A DNA stretch of 64,000 nt from Limnochordia bacterium (GCA_050951545.1 JBMNJG010000012.1:32001-96000); one strand, 5' to 3'; counted from the first letter of the stretch, positions 10,170 through 21,164 are shown. The notes: generated from the sequence alone by a model not told the origin. Made by a program: numbers and translations.

Positions 10170-11492
10170 GTGGAGAGCAAAGCCGTTGTCGCCATTGTGG
10201 GGCGACCCAATGTAGGCAAATCCGCCCTTTTCAACCGGATTGCTGGCGAACGTATCGCTATTGTGGAGGACATGCCGGGTATTACCCGCGATCGCATCTA
10301 CGCCAACTGCACCTGGCTGAAACGCCATTTCACCCTGATTGATACAGGGGGCATCCTGATGGGCCCTGTAGGCGAGATTGTCTCCGCTACCTTGGAGCAG
10401 GCAAGAATGGCCATGGAGGAAGCCGACGTCATCCTCTTTGTAGTGGATGCGCGCCAGGGTGTGTCACCGTCGGATGAGGCAGTAGCTGAGCTACTGCGCC
10501 AGACAGACAAGCCGCTTATCTTGGTAGCCAATAAGATTGACAGTCGCAATCTAGAAGCGCATATGTATGAGTTCTATAGTCTTGGCATGGGCGATCCTAT
10601 ACCAGTATCGGCTGAGCATGGCAGGGGCGTGGGCGACCTACTCGATCTCGTAGTGGCGCAGCTACCTGAACCCGCCGAAGAGCCAGTTGACGACGATCGC
10701 ATTCGCGTGGCGGTGATTGGGCGGCCCAATGTGGGTAAGTCGTCCTTGGTCAACTCGATTTTGGGCCGCGAACGTGTGATTGTCAGTGATCAACCGGGGA
10801 CAACACGAGATGCTATTGACACGGAATTTGTGCGCGGGGAGACCAGGTTCACGATCATCGATACAGCAGGTGTCAGGCGCAAGGGCCGGGTCGAAACGTC
10901 CGTAGAGTACTATGGCGTCGTTCGTGCGTTACGGGCAGTTGAGCGCAGTGATGTGACCCTTATTCTGATTGACGCGACAGAAGGTGTGACTGAGCAAGAT
11001 GCTCGTTTGGCTGGTTATGCTCATGAAGCTGGGCGCGCCAGCGTGCTTGTCGTAAACAAGTGGGACTTAGTCAGAAAAGACACCGACACCATGAGCGAGT
11101 TTGATGCTCGTATTCGGGACGAACTCAAGTTCCTTCATTACGCACCTATTATGTACGTGTCTGCACGTACCGGGCAGCGCGTAGGCGACATGCTTGACGT
11201 AGTCGAGTATGTGGCCCAGCAGGCTGCTTTGCGTGTAACTACGGGACGTCTGAACGAGGCTCTGCAAGAGGCAGTAGCGCTAAGAGAACCTCCGCATGAC
11301 AAAGGGGTTCAGCTGCGGGTCTATTATGCGGTCCAGATCAGTGTCAAACCGCCGACTATTATCCTGTTCGTAAACCGGCCCGATCTCCTGCATTTCTCAT
11401 ATAGACGCTATCTGGAGAATCGGCTGCGTGAGAGGTTTGGCTTCGTGGGCAGTCCTCTGGTAATGAATGTCCGAGCACGTAAGCGACGGTAG
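10170..11492 (+). CDS. der: Ribosome biogenesis double GTPase Der/EngA
   Basis: Two GRPNVGKS P-loops, DTGG/DTAG, NKID/NKWD, C-terminal KH-like domain. Confidence 0.97.
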   Translation: MESKAVVAIVGRPNVGKSALFNRIAGERIAIVEDMPGITRDRIYANCTWLKRHFTLIDTGGILMGPVGEIVSATLEQARMAMEEADVILFVVDARQGVSPSDEAVAELLRQTDKPLILVANKIDSRNLEAHMYEFYSLGMGDPIPVSAEHGRGVGDLLDLVVAQLPEPAEEPVDDDRIRVAVIGRPNVGKSSLVNSILGRERVIVSDQPGTTRDAIDTEFVRGETRFTIIDTAGVRRKGRVETSVEYYGVVRALRAVERSDVTLILIDATEGVTEQDARLAGYAHEAGRASVLVVNKWDLVRKDTDTMSEFDARIRDELKFLHYAPIMYVSARTGQRVGDMLDVVEYVAQQAALRVTTGRLNEALQEAVALREPPHDKGVQLRVYYAVQISVKPPTIILFVNRPDLLHFSYRRYLENRLRERFGFVGSPLVMNVRARKRR

Positions 11493-11516
11493 TGCTAGTA
11501 GTTCGTTTTTTACAGA

Positions 11517-11545
11517 GCATAAACGCATCCAAGCGTCCATATGAT
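11517..11545 (+). promoter_or_regulatory. Putative sigma-E promoter of spoIVA
   Basis: GCATAAA...CATATGAT; spoIVA is sigma-E dependent in B. subtilis. Confidence 0.5.
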
Positions 11546-11648
11546 GTAGCGTCTAGGAGAAGGCTTATTTGAGCTGTCTTCTGGATATGGCCTCGTTCTG
11601 CCTGGGGGAATGGGGACAGACGCACGCTCTAGCATCGAGGAGGGACGC

Positions 11649-13130
11649 TTGGTGGAGACGTTTGACATCTTTAAGGATATCACCGAGCGAACCGGAGGCA
11701 GCGTCTATATCGGCGTCGTCGGGCCGGTTCGCACCGGTAAGTCCACGTTTATCAAACGCTTTATGGATCTGCTGGTTCTCCCCAACATGAAGGGTCACCA
11801 CGAAAGAGAACGCACGCAAGATGAGCTACCGCAAGGCGGTGCCGGAAAGCAGATAATGACGACACAGCCTCACTTTGTGCCCGACGATCCCGTCACGCTT
11901 TCGCTTCAGGACGGAGTCGTCTTTCGAGTGCGTCTGGTGGACTGTGTAGGCTATCCTGTGGAGGGCGCTCAGGGCTTTTCTGATGACAGTGGGCCGCGAA
12001 TGGTGCGCACCCCTTGGTCTGATGACCCTATTCCGTTCTCAGAGGCAGCGGAGATCGGTACCCGCAAGGTCATCGCGGAGCACTCGACGATTGGTCTCGT
12101 GATCATTACTGACGGTTCCATCACAGATATTCCCAGAGAGGGGTACATTCAGGCAGAAGAAAGGGTTATCTCCGAACTGAAGGAGCTTGGTAAGCCATTT
12201 CTCGTCGTCCTCAATTCCACGCGGCCCGAGAGCCGCTCTGCCCAGGACTTGGCTGCCAGTCTGGAAAGACGGTACGGAGTTGCCGTCTTGCCACTGAACT
12301 GCCTGGAGATGACACAGGCGGATGTCCTGGGCTTACTTCATGAGGTACTCTTTGAGTTTCCCGTGCGTGAGATCGGCGTAAGGCTGCCGACCTGGGTGGA
12401 GGAGCTGGGGGCTGACCACTGGCTACAGCAGGCTATGCTGGGTACGATGTCTGAGGCCGTCGAGCCGATCTTTCGTTTGCGTGATGTGGATGCCAGTCTG
12501 CATGCCTTGTCGGCTGCCGAGCACGTGGCTGGCGTGAAACTGATCAGTATGGAGTTGGGAACCGGCTCTGCCACATTGCAGGTCAATCTGGACCCGGGCC
12601 TTTTCTATGAGGTGTTGCAGGAACTGACGGGCTTCGAGATCACAGGAGATCAGCAGCTCCTTCGTCTCATGAACGAGTTGTCTGTGGCTAAACGCGCCTA
12701 TGACAAGGTAGCTGAGGCCCTGAGCCACGTGGAGGAGCGCGGATATGGTATCGTAACTCCCCGCCTTGAGGACATCACCTTTGAGGAGCCGGAGATCATC
12801 CGCAAAGGAGGCCAATTTGGGGTTAAGCTCACTGCCAGTGCGCCCTCCATCCATATGGTAAGGGCCAGCATTATGACGGAAGTCACGCCATTCGTGGGGA
12901 CGGAGAAACAGGGAGAAGAGCTAGCACGCTACTTGTCCGAAGAGTTCGAGAAAGAGCCGGCGAAGGTCTGGAACTCCGATTTCCTGGGGAAGTCGCTGCA
13001 AGAACTCATCAAGGAGGGCATTCAGAGCAAACTGACTCGCATGCCTGATCATGCACAGGCCAAGCTGCAAGATACTCTGACGAAGATTGTGAATGAGGGC
13101 AGTGGAGGACTCATCTGCATCATCCTGTAG
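11649..13130 (+). CDS. spoIVA: Stage IV sporulation protein A
   Basis: IGVVGPVRTGKSTFIKRF, RLVDCVGY, C-terminal NEGSGGLICIIL. Confidence 0.97.
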   Translation: MVETFDIFKDITERTGGSVYIGVVGPVRTGKSTFIKRFMDLLVLPNMKGHHERERTQDELPQGGAGKQIMTTQPHFVPDDPVTLSLQDGVVFRVRLVDCVGYPVEGAQGFSDDSGPRMVRTPWSDDPIPFSEAAEIGTRKVIAEHSTIGLVIITDGSITDIPREGYIQAEERVISELKELGKPFLVVLNSTRPESRSAQDLAASLERRYGVAVLPLNCLEMTQADVLGLLHEVLFEFPVREIGVRLPTWVEELGADHWLQQAMLGTMSEAVEPIFRLRDVDASLHALSAAEHVAGVKLISMELGTGSATLQVNLDPGLFYEVLQELTGFEITGDQQLLRLMNELSVAKRAYDKVAEALSHVEERGYGIVTPRLEDITFEEPEIIRKGGQFGVKLTASAPSIHMVRASIMTEVTPFVGTEKQGEELARYLSEEFEKEPAKVWNSDFLGKSLQELIKEGIQSKLTRMPDHAQAKLQDTLTKIVNEGSGGLICIIL

Positions 13131-13183
13131 CTGCTATCACTTGACGGCTATGCTGATGGTTCCCGCCCACAACCCCCCAGGTA

Positions 13184-13227
13184 TCAGCGATGAGTCGGGA
13201 GTGTTGTCCCGGCTCATCGCTGTTTAT
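13184..13227 (+). terminator. Hairpin/terminator after spoIVA
   Basis: CAGCGATGAGTCGGGA...TCCCGGCTCATCGCTG followed by TTTAT. Confidence 0.6.
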
Positions 13228-13255
13228 CGGATGGTGAGCATACTTCTGCCTGTAA

Positions 13256-13453
13256 CGGGAGACGCTATCCACGGCTAGCGAGGCACTGAGTTCAGGCGAT
13301 AGGGTGCAGCTCACAGGTTTTGGCACGTTTGAAGTGAGAAACGGCCAGGAACGCCTCGGTCGAAATTCTCAGACAGAGGCCGAGATCGTGATTCCCGCGC
13401 GTCGGGTACTTGTTTTCCGGGCCGGGAAACCTCTGAAAGATACCCTTCAATAG
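13256..13453 (+). pseudogene. hup: N-terminally truncated HU (HBsu-like) DNA-binding protein remnant
   Basis: + frame absent from the ORF track reads ..EALSSGDRVQLTGFGTFEVRNGQERLGRNSQTEAEIVIPARRVLVFRAGKPLKDTLQ*; in-frame TAA at 13253 and no start for the N-terminal helices. Confidence 0.8.
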
Positions 13454-13476
13454 CTTAGTAGGATCTGTAGCCAAGG

Positions 13477-13506
13477 AAAAAGCCAGCGGGGATACTGCTG
13501 GCTTTT
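13477..13506. terminator. Bidirectional intrinsic terminator
   Basis: AAAAGCCAGCGG-loop-CTGCTGGCTTTT. Confidence 0.7.
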
Positions 13507-13683
13507 GCGCGGGCGAAATTGCGGTGTTCATCGCCAGGACATTTCACTGTAGATAGCCAAGTGAATAGCGATGTGGTACGCTTGGCTGAGGCCAAGCGGC
13601 AGAGTTCAGCGTGGTCGATTTACCGCGAGGTTCCCTCATGGTATAATCTTTAATCAGTTATGTCTGCTGGAGGCGATGTCATC

Positions 13684-14979
13684 TTGGAGCCGATAAAGAT
13701 AGCCTTGCTCGGTCTGGGCAATGTCGGAAGCGGTGTATGGGAGATTCTTCAGCGCAGCAGAGATCAGATAGCGGTTCGTGCTGGTGCTTCGCTGGAGATC
13801 GGTGGTATTCTGGTGCGCACTATTGACAAGCCGCGTCAGGTGACCCCAGAATCGAGCCTGCTGACTACCGATGCGTACGCCCTGTTGGATGATCCTACCA
13901 TGCCGATTGTGGTGGAGACCATCGGGTGCCCCGGAGGCAGCACGGATCCAGCCCGCAGCTACATACTGCATGCTCTACGAGCAGGTAAGCATGTGGTGAC
14001 AGCCAACAAAGAGGTGTTGGCGAAGCATGCGAATGAGCTGAGTGCAGCATCGGCACAAGGTGGAGGGGGCCTTTACTACGAAGCGTCGGTGGCTGGGGGG
14101 ATTCCCATCATCAAGGCGCTAAGAGAGTCCTTGGCAGCCAACCGGGTGCAAGCTCTGATGGGCATCATCAATGGGACCACCAATTACATGCTTACCAGAA
14201 TGGCGAGCATGAAGAGTAGCTTCGCTTCGGTCTTAGCCGAAGCACAGGCCCATGGCTATGCCGAAGCCGATCCGACCTCTGACGTCGAGGGGCACGACGC
14301 CGCATATAAGCTGGCGATACTAGCCTCGATAGCTTTCGGTGCGGATATCGAGGTTGGCGATATCTATCGCGAGGGCATCACTCGCATTACCCCCGAGGAT
14401 CTTGAGTATGCACAGGAGTTGGGGATGGTGATCAAGCTGCTCGCTATCGCCAAAGAAGAGGATGGCGCTGTCGAGGTGCGCGTGCATCCGACAATGATCC
14501 CCGTTGCCCATCCCTTGGCCAGCGTATCGGATGTCTTTAATGCAGTGTTCGTGCAAGGCGACGCTGCGGGCGACCTAATGTTCTACGGACGGGGTGCTGG
14601 CAGTCTGCCGACAGGCAGTGCGGTTGTAGCCGACTGTATCGACGCCGCTCAGAACCTGCGCCGTGGCGTGAGCGCTCCCCTCAATGGGCTGCGCCAGCGC
14701 CCGGTACTTCTTCCTATGGATGACACGGTCTCTCGCTACTACGTTCACGCCCGCGTGGTTGATAGACCTGGTGTGTTGGCAGCCATCGCTACCGTCTTTG
14801 GCGAGGCGGAAGTGAGTATTGAGTCGGTCATTCAGAAGGGGCAACGGCAAGACCCCGTGAGCCTTGTCTTTGTCACGCACCGCGTCAAGGAGCGGAATCT
14901 GCGATCAGCGTTAAGTCGGATCGATAACCTGTCTGTCGTGCGTGAGATCAGTAACGTGATTCGGGTGGAAGGGGATTGA
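13684..14979 (+). CDS. hom: Homoserine dehydrogenase with ACT domain
   Basis: GLGNVGSG, VVTANK, YEASVAGGIP, GIINGTTNY, YGRGAG. Confidence 0.96.
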   Translation: MEPIKIALLGLGNVGSGVWEILQRSRDQIAVRAGASLEIGGILVRTIDKPRQVTPESSLLTTDAYALLDDPTMPIVVETIGCPGGSTDPARSYILHALRAGKHVVTANKEVLAKHANELSAASAQGGGGLYYEASVAGGIPIIKALRESLAANRVQALMGIINGTTNYMLTRMASMKSSFASVLAEAQAHGYAEADPTSDVEGHDAAYKLAILASIAFGADIEVGDIYREGITRITPEDLEYAQELGMVIKLLAIAKEEDGAVEVRVHPTMIPVAHPLASVSDVFNAVFVQGDAAGDLMFYGRGAGSLPTGSAVVADCIDAAQNLRRGVSAPLNGLRQRPVLLPMDDTVSRYYVHARVVDRPGVLAAIATVFGEAEVSIESVIQKGQRQDPVSLVFVTHRVKERNLRSALSRIDNLSVVREISNVIRVEGD

Positions 14980-14983
14980 ACTG

Positions 14984-16051
14984 ATGGTCTGGCGAGGGGT
15001 CATTGAGCAGTATCGAAGCTTTCTTCCCGTTGATGAACATACACCTGTGATTAGTCTGCTTGAAGGAGACACTCCGCTGGTTCCAGCGGATAACCTCGCC
15101 AGAATACTGGGCATTGGGGGCCGTCTCTATCTGAAGTATGAGGGCCTCAATCCTACGGGGTCCTTTAAGGACCGAGGGATGACACTAGCTGTCAGTAAAG
15201 CAGTGGAGCAAGGCTCCAAGGCGGTCATGTGCGCGTCCACCGGAAACACGTCAGCCTCTGCGGCCGCCTACGCTGCTCGGGCGGGCATATCGGCCATTGT
15301 GCTTATTCCCGAAGGGGCCATCGCTATGGGCAAGCTCAGCCAAGCGCTGATGCACGGCAGTCGAGTGCTGGCAGTACGGGGTAACTTCGATGATGCCTTG
15401 CGGCTTGTGCGTCAGATCACACAGACGCACCCCATTACTCTGGTAAACTCTCTGAATCCCTACCGCATCGAAGGGCAGAAGACAGCCGCTTTTGAGATCT
15501 GTGAGGCTTTGGGAGAGGCCCCTGATCTTCTAGCCATACCAGTAGGCAATGCTGGAAACATCACTGCCTACTGGAAGGGCTTCTGCGAGTACAGACGCGC
15601 AGGCCACGTTACGAACGCACCTCGCATGCTGGGGTTCCAGGCCGCAGGCTCTGCTCCGATCGTCATAGGCGAACCAGTGGCTGATCCTCAGACGCTGGCA
15701 ACAGCCATCAAGATTGGTAATCCAGCGAGCTGGAAGCAAGCAGAAGCAGCGAGAGACGAATCCGAAGGCCTAATCGAGGCAGTTACGGATGAACAGATCG
15801 TAGAGGCTTACTCTCTGTTAGCAGAGCATGAAGGAGTGTTCTGCGAACCTGCATCCGCTGCTTCGGTAGCAGGGATCATTCAGCTGCAGCGGCAAGGGCG
15901 CTTGGAGGGTGAACCCACGATTGTCTGTGTGCTAACTGGGCACGGTCTGAAGGATCCAGACCGGGCCATTGCAGAGAGTCCAGAGCCCGAAGTGATCGAG
16001 CCTGTGCTAGCAGCGGTGGAGAAGGCCGTCTTGAGTGGAATCTCGCTATGA
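14984..16051 (+). CDS. thrC: Threonine synthase
   Basis: NPTGSFKDRG, ASTGNTSAS, PVGNAGN, TGHGLKDP. Confidence 0.96.
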   Translation: MVWRGVIEQYRSFLPVDEHTPVISLLEGDTPLVPADNLARILGIGGRLYLKYEGLNPTGSFKDRGMTLAVSKAVEQGSKAVMCASTGNTSASAAAYAARAGISAIVLIPEGAIAMGKLSQALMHGSRVLAVRGNFDDALRLVRQITQTHPITLVNSLNPYRIEGQKTAAFEICEALGEAPDLLAIPVGNAGNITAYWKGFCEYRRAGHVTNAPRMLGFQAAGSAPIVIGEPVADPQTLATAIKIGNPASWKQAEAARDESEGLIEAVTDEQIVEAYSLLAEHEGVFCEPASAASVAGIIQLQRQGRLEGEPTIVCVLTGHGLKDPDRAIAESPEPEVIEPVLAAVEKAVLSGISL

Positions 16052-16998
16052 AGACCATTACGACCAGTGAGATGCGCGTTGTGGTGGAAGTGCCAGCCAG
16101 CGCCGCGAATCTAGGAGCGGGATTCGATGTACTAGGTCTGGCACTGGAGCTGCGCAACACCTATGATTTCACGTTCGTAGGCTCCGGAACGTCGATTGCC
16201 ATTGGGGGCGAAGGTGCTGCCAGGCTACCTCGTGACGAAAGACATCTGGGGTATCAAGCTTGCCTACGCACTTTGCATCGACTGGGATATGAACTGACTG
16301 GCTTGCAGCTGCGGCAGGAGAATCTTGTGCCTTTGGCAGGGGGCTTGGGAAATAGTGCGACCGCGGTGGTAGCCGGGGTATTGGCTGCCAATGCTCTGGC
16401 TGGTTACCCGCTGTCATCTCGTGAGGTGCTCGCCGAGGCTACTGCGATTGAAGGTCATCCTGACAATGTAGCGCCAGCTTTGCTGGGGGGGCTCGTCATC
16501 TGCGTGCATCGAGAGGATGGCGAAGTCCAGAACCTCCGGCTTGTGGTGCCGCCGGAACTGGTTGTGGTTGTGGCGGTGCCCGATTTCTGCGTGGACACAA
16601 CGCGTGCTCGTCAGGTCTTACCTAGCCATGTCTCTTTGCAGGATGCTGTCTACAATGTAAGTCGCGCCAGTCTGCTTGTGGGCGCCATGTGCTCAGGCCA
16701 GTTCGAGCATCTCGCGGAGTCTATGCATGACAGGTTGCATCAGCCCTATCGGAAGCACCTCATACCAGGGCTGAGTGAGGTGTGTGCTGCAGCCAGGGGG
16801 GCTGGCGCGGTAGGTGCAGCGCTCTCGGGCGCGGGGCCAACCGTGGTTGCCTTGGCGGTCAGAGGAATGGCCAAACCAGAGGCGATAGGGCAAGCCATGA
16901 TAGAGGCTTTCTCACAGGCAGGAGTGCACGCACGCTACCTGGTTCTGGCTCCCAGTACCACAGGGGCCACGGTAGAGACCGCCCTTGTTGGCGTGTAG
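16048..16998 (+). CDS. thrB: Homoserine kinase
   Basis: PASAANLGAGFD, GHMP PLAGGLGNS, EGHPDN, SGAGPT. Confidence 0.95.
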   Translation: MKTITTSEMRVVVEVPASAANLGAGFDVLGLALELRNTYDFTFVGSGTSIAIGGEGAARLPRDERHLGYQACLRTLHRLGYELTGLQLRQENLVPLAGGLGNSATAVVAGVLAANALAGYPLSSREVLAEATAIEGHPDNVAPALLGGLVICVHREDGEVQNLRLVVPPELVVVVAVPDFCVDTTRARQVLPSHVSLQDAVYNVSRASLLVGAMCSGQFEHLAESMHDRLHQPYRKHLIPGLSEVCAAARGAGAVGAALSGAGPTVVALAVRGMAKPEAIGQAMIEAFSQAGVHARYLVLAPSTTGATVETALVGV

Positions 16999-17033
16999 CA
17001 GGTCTCATGTAGCTTCTCTCGGGGGAATGATGA

Positions 17034-18245
17034 TTGAGAGTCATAGTGCAGAAATACGGTGGAAGCTCGGTAAAGGACCCGGATCGGATCAAACGCGTGG
17101 CATCACGGTTGGTAAAGGCACGTGATGAGGGCGGCGCGGTAATCGCTGTCGTGTCCGCCATGGGTGACACGACGGATGAGCTGATAGCCAAGGCGCGGCA
17201 GATCACGTCTCGTCCGTCGCGACGAGAGATGGATATGCTCTTGTCGACTGGTGAACAGATATCGATCGCTCTCTTGGCTATGGCCATTGGCAGCATGGGG
17301 TACCCGGTGGTATCTCTGACGGGGCAGCAGGTCGGGATACGGACGGATAATGTGCATATGAAGGCTCGTATTCAGCATGTGGAGTCGGCCCGCCTGCTCA
17401 AGGAACTCAACGCCGGACGTATCGTCATTGTGGCAGGTTTCCAGGGCGTTGACGGCCATGATGACATCACAACGCTGGGACGCGGTGGGTCCGACACCAC
17501 AGCTGTTGCTCTCGCTGCTGCGGTACAGGCCGAGGTCTGTGAGATTCACACGGATGTCGACGGGGTATACACCGCAGATCCGCGTCTTGTGACGAACGCT
17601 CGGAGACTCGCAGATATTTCCTACGGCGAGATGCTTGAGATGGCAAGTCTGGGGGCAGTGGTCCTGCAGCCGCGTTCAGTGGAGTACGCGGCCACGCACG
17701 GTGTACGCATTCATGTCCGCAATAGCTCGAATGATAAGCCTGGCACCATTGTACAGGAGGAACGCTGCATGGAAAAAGACATGGTGGTAGTGGGGGTGGC
17801 CCACGACACCAATGTGGCCAAAGTGGCCATGTTGAATGTGCCGGACCGCCCCGGCGTCGCCCACAGGATCTTCTCATGCCTCGCAGAGGCTGGCATTAAC
17901 GTAGACATGATTGTTCAGACGAGCAAAGAACGTCACGTGACGGATATGGTCTTCTCCATAAACAGCGATGACGCAACGCAGGCGCGGGAGCTGACAGAGG
18001 CTCTTGCTCGCGAGCTAGGGGCTGGCGAGGTGCTGGTCGATGATACCGTCGGCAAGGTGTCTATCGTTGGGGCTGGCATGGTAAGCAATCCCGGAGTGGC
18101 AGCCCGGATGTTCGAAGCCTTGGCGGAAGCAGACATAAATATCCAGGTGATCAGCACCTCTGAGATCAAAGTCTCCTGCCTGATCGCAGCAGAGCATATC
18201 GATCGTGCCGTACGTGCACTTCATGCGAAGTTCGGGTTGGGTTAG
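17034..18245 (+). CDS. lysC: Aspartate kinase
   Basis: [30 protein letters not shown], two ACT domains. Confidence 0.93.
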   Translation: MRVIVQKYGGSSVKDPDRIKRVASRLVKARDEGGAVIAVVSAMGDTTDELIAKARQITSRPSRREMDMLLSTGEQISIALLAMAIGSMGYPVVSLTGQQVGIRTDNVHMKARIQHVESARLLKELNAGRIVIVAGFQGVDGHDDITTLGRGGSDTTAVALAAAVQAEVCEIHTDVDGVYTADPRLVTNARRLADISYGEMLEMASLGAVVLQPRSVEYAATHGVRIHVRNSSNDKPGTIVQEERCMEKDMVVVGVAHDTNVAKVAMLNVPDRPGVAHRIFSCLAEAGINVDMIVQTSKERHVTDMVFSINSDDATQARELTEALARELGAGEVLVDDTVGKVSIVGAGMVSNPGVAARMFEALAEADINIQVISTSEIKVSCLIAAEHIDRAVRALHAKFGLG

Positions 18246-19393
18246 ACCAGCCCTCGTCCCAAGCCCTCCAAGATGCCTACTGCAGCGGTTAGCTGTTCGA
18301 TGGCGACGTACTCGTCAGCACTATGTGCTTGCGCGAGGTTGCCTGGGCCAAACACGGCCGAATGAGGGATTCCCAGTTCTGTTGCTATCACCGCTGCATC
18401 GGTATAAGCTTCGAAGCCTATGGCGGGTGGCGGTGAGCCCGTAGCCTCCAGGTAGGCCTTGTGAAACCAGCTTATCAGGGGGGAGTCAGCGTCACATTCC
18501 ACTGGCTGCAACGGCTCCCCCATGACCCTGGCCTCTGCTGTCAGGCCTGGGAGGCGTGCAGCCGCTGATTGCAGCGTCTGCTGGACAAGTTGGATACCGA
18601 AAGCAGTAGTCTGAGGCGGGACGAGCACGAGATCGAGGTGTGCTTGACAACGATCAGCCACCATGCTAGGGCTCGTCCCTCCCTGGATCCAACCAGCTGA
18701 GATCAGCGCTCGTCCCAGTGTGGGATGATCCTCCGGCAGCTGGGAGACGATTGTCTTCAGCTGATCGATGGCCATCGCCATGCCGTGGATGGCATCGATG
18801 CCCAGATAGGCGCGTCCAGCGTGAGCGGCGCGTCCCCGTGTAGTGACATCAAACCAGATCTCGCCTTTGTGGGCTAGGGCCAACTGTAAGGAGGTCGGCT
18901 CCAGGGCTAGAAGCCAGCTTTCTGGGCTGAGCAGGCCAGTACGTGTCAAGGCGCGGGCGCCTAGCAGACCCTCACCCTCCTCATCTACTGTAACGGCAAG
19001 GATCAGCTCTCTTTGAGGTTGTATCCCCGCTTTCCTCAGGTTGGCCATAGCCACGAGACCCGCGGCCAAGCCCCCTTTCATGTCAGCAGCACCTCGGCCA
19101 TAGAGTCTGCCGTCTCGCACTTCGCCACTAAAGGCCTCAGCCCTGGTGTGCGTTTCCGCTGGCACTGTGTCTATGTGTGCAAGCCAAACCACCGGAGGTC
19201 CGACTTTTGGTGGACCTAGTCTGATGAGCAGGTTGTCGCGCCCTGAGATGACGGGAACTCTTTTGCATGAGAGACCCGCTTGCAGGGCCCAGGCCTCCAC
19301 GAATGCGATACCCGCAGCCTCATCTCCAGGGGGATTCTCGGTGGGTATCTGTATCAGAGCTTGAGTCAGACCTACTACATCGGTGACATGCAC
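18242..19393 (-). CDS. M20 family metallohydrolase (ArgE/DapE-like)
   Basis: [26 protein letters not shown]. Confidence 0.88.
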   Translation of the reverse strand: MHVTDVVGLTQALIQIPTENPPGDEAAGIAFVEAWALQAGLSCKRVPVISGRDNLLIRLGPPKVGPPVVWLAHIDTVPAETHTRAEAFSGEVRDGRLYGRGAADMKGGLAAGLVAMANLRKAGIQPQRELILAVTVDEEGEGLLGARALTRTGLLSPESWLLALEPTSLQLALAHKGEIWFDVTTRGRAAHAGRAYLGIDAIHGMAMAIDQLKTIVSQLPEDHPTLGRALISAGWIQGGTSPSMVADRCQAHLDLVLVPPQTTAFGIQLVQQTLQSAAARLPGLTAEARVMGEPLQPVECDADSPLISWFHKAYLEATGSPPPAIGFEAYTDAAVIATELGIPHSAVFGPGNLAQAHSADEYVAIEQLTAAVGILEGLGRGLV

Positions 19394-20214
19394 TTTGCAG
19401 CTCTCCTTATCTCATCCGACGAGGGCGTTTGTGTGCGAGTGGCCCCGATCTCGGCGCGCAGTAGGTCCATCACTCTCTTCCGAATGGCGATGAACTGCGA
19501 TGTGGTTTCCAACCCCGCTTTTCTCGGACGCGGCATCACCACCGGGATCTCCTCTTTGACCCTTCCTGGACGCGAAGTCATGCAGTAGATACGATCAGAC
19601 AGTAAGACAGCTTCTTCCACATCATGGGTTACAAAGACAACCGTGACGCGGTGCTGTTCCCATACTTCGCACAGGAGTTCTTGCATCATCCCACGCGTCT
19701 GCGCGTCTAGAGCACCGAAGGGTTCATCCATAAGAAGAATGGCTGGTTGAGCGGCGAACGCCCTAGCGATAGCCACTCGCTGGCGCATGCCGCCAGAAAG
19801 CTGCGTGGGATAGGCTTTCGCGAAGTCTGTGAGACCCACTGAAGCCAAGTACTCCATGGCCACTTCTTCGCGTTCACGGTTGCCGAGGCGCTGTTTGCGA
19901 AGTGGGAAAAGCACATTGTCCACGACGGTGAGCCAGGGAAACAGCGTGTAGCTCTGAAAGACCATCCCTCGATCGGGGCCTGGCCCTACTACAGGTTCGC
20001 CGTCAACCAGGATACTGCCACCCTCAGTCTCCGTCAAACCTGCCACCATGCGCAGAAACGTGGATTTTCCACATCCCGAAGGGCCGACCAAAGCCACAAA
20101 CTCATTCTCCATGGCTGTGAGCGAGAAACCGTCGAGTGCCTCAACCGTGGAGTCAGCGAGACCGAAACGCTTGACCACGTCACGGGCCTCTAGTTTTGCC
20201 TGCATCTGGGACAT
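19375..20214 (-). CDS. ABC transporter ATP-binding protein (SsuB/TauB/NrtD type)
   Basis: GPSGCGKS, LSGGMRQR, LLMDEPFGALD; start moved to ATG at 20214. Confidence 0.92.
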   Translation of the reverse strand: MSQMQAKLEARDVVKRFGLADSTVEALDGFSLTAMENEFVALVGPSGCGKSTFLRMVAGLTETEGGSILVDGEPVVGPGPDRGMVFQSYTLFPWLTVVDNVLFPLRKQRLGNREREEVAMEYLASVGLTDFAKAYPTQLSGGMRQRVAIARAFAAQPAILLMDEPFGALDAQTRGMMQELLCEVWEQHRVTVVFVTHDVEEAVLLSDRIYCMTSRPGRVKEEIPVVMPRPRKAGLETTSQFIAIRKRVMDLLRAEIGATRTQTPSSDEIRRAAKCMSPM

Positions 20215-20216
20215 AT

Positions 20217-21077
20217 CTAGTCGCGCTCCTTCATCCAGGGGAAGACCCGCCGGTAGACGAATTTGAGACTGAGGTCGGTGATCATACCTAGAATCCCAAT
20301 AACCACGATACCCAGGATGATCACGTCTGTAGCCAAGTAGCGTTGGGCAGCCATGATGCGATACCCCAAGCCTGTGTTTGCAGCAACTAGCTCGGCTACC
20401 ACGAGGTACGTCCATGCCCATCCGATGGTCAGGCGAAAGGTATCGAAAATGCCGGGAAGTGAATAGGGGAGAACCACTCGCCAGAGCACTTCCCACTTGG
20501 AGTAGCCGAATGTATAGGCTACGTTGATCAGGTCTTTGGGCACGCTCTTGACATTGTCAGCAATCATCAACACCTCTTGTACGAAGGTGCCTAGGAAGAT
20601 GATCACAAACTTCTGGCTATCGCCTACACCTACCCACAGGATGGTGAGTGGAATCAGAGCCACTACGGGCATGTAGCGGGTGAGTGCTATCGGGACATCG
20701 AAGAGGGCCTCAAAGAAGCGGAAGTTCCCTATGAGAAGCCCTAAGGGCACGGCAACGAGGGTGGAGATCGCCCAGCCGACCATGATTCGGTAGATGCTCG
20801 CCAACGTATCGGTCCACAGGGTGCCATCGGTGATCATGTGCACTGCCGCTTCACAGATGGCTTTCGGACCAGGCAGGAATATCGGATCGACGAGGCCACT
20901 CTGTGTGACGAGGATCCAGGCGACGAGGGTCACGATGACGAGACTGACACTCGCTAGCGCATAGACACGAGGAGAGATCTCTTCCCTGAGGGGGAGCAGT
21001 CCTGTACGCACGCCTGCTGATCCTCGTCCTGCACTGAGGCCGGGGCGAGTTCGACTTCGCTCAACGTTCAATTGCAT
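20217..21077 (-). CDS. ABC transporter permease (SsuC/TauC type)
   Basis: TM helices; AWTYLVVAELV and GLGYRI motifs. Confidence 0.9.
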   Translation of the reverse strand: MQLNVERSRTRPGLSAGRGSAGVRTGLLPLREEISPRVYALASVSLVIVTLVAWILVTQSGLVDPIFLPGPKAICEAAVHMITDGTLWTDTLASIYRIMVGWAISTLVAVPLGLLIGNFRFFEALFDVPIALTRYMPVVALIPLTILWVGVGDSQKFVIIFLGTFVQEVLMIADNVKSVPKDLINVAYTFGYSKWEVLWRVVLPYSLPGIFDTFRLTIGWAWTYLVVAELVAANTGLGYRIMAAQRYLATDVIILGIVVIGILGMITDLSLKFVYRRVFPWMKERD

Positions 21078-21107
21078 ATCCTCCAGTTATTTCCCAGGTA
21101 ACCCCTA

Positions 21108-21151
21108 AGAGCTGCCCCACGCGTTACTTACGACCCGCGGGGCAGCCCTTT
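21108..21151. terminator. Intercistronic hairpin between SBP and permease genes
   Basis: GCTGCCCC...GGGGCAGC inverted repeat; typical stabiliser of SBP mRNA. Confidence 0.5.
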
Positions 21152-21164
21152 GCTCACCGGCCGA

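Noticed and set aside
13292-13531. 79-aa minus-strand ORF
   Set aside because: Antisense shadow of the HU remnant
20215-20496. N-terminal 94-aa extension of the ABC ATPase
   Set aside because: Overlaps the permease; an RBS-supported ATG lies at 20214
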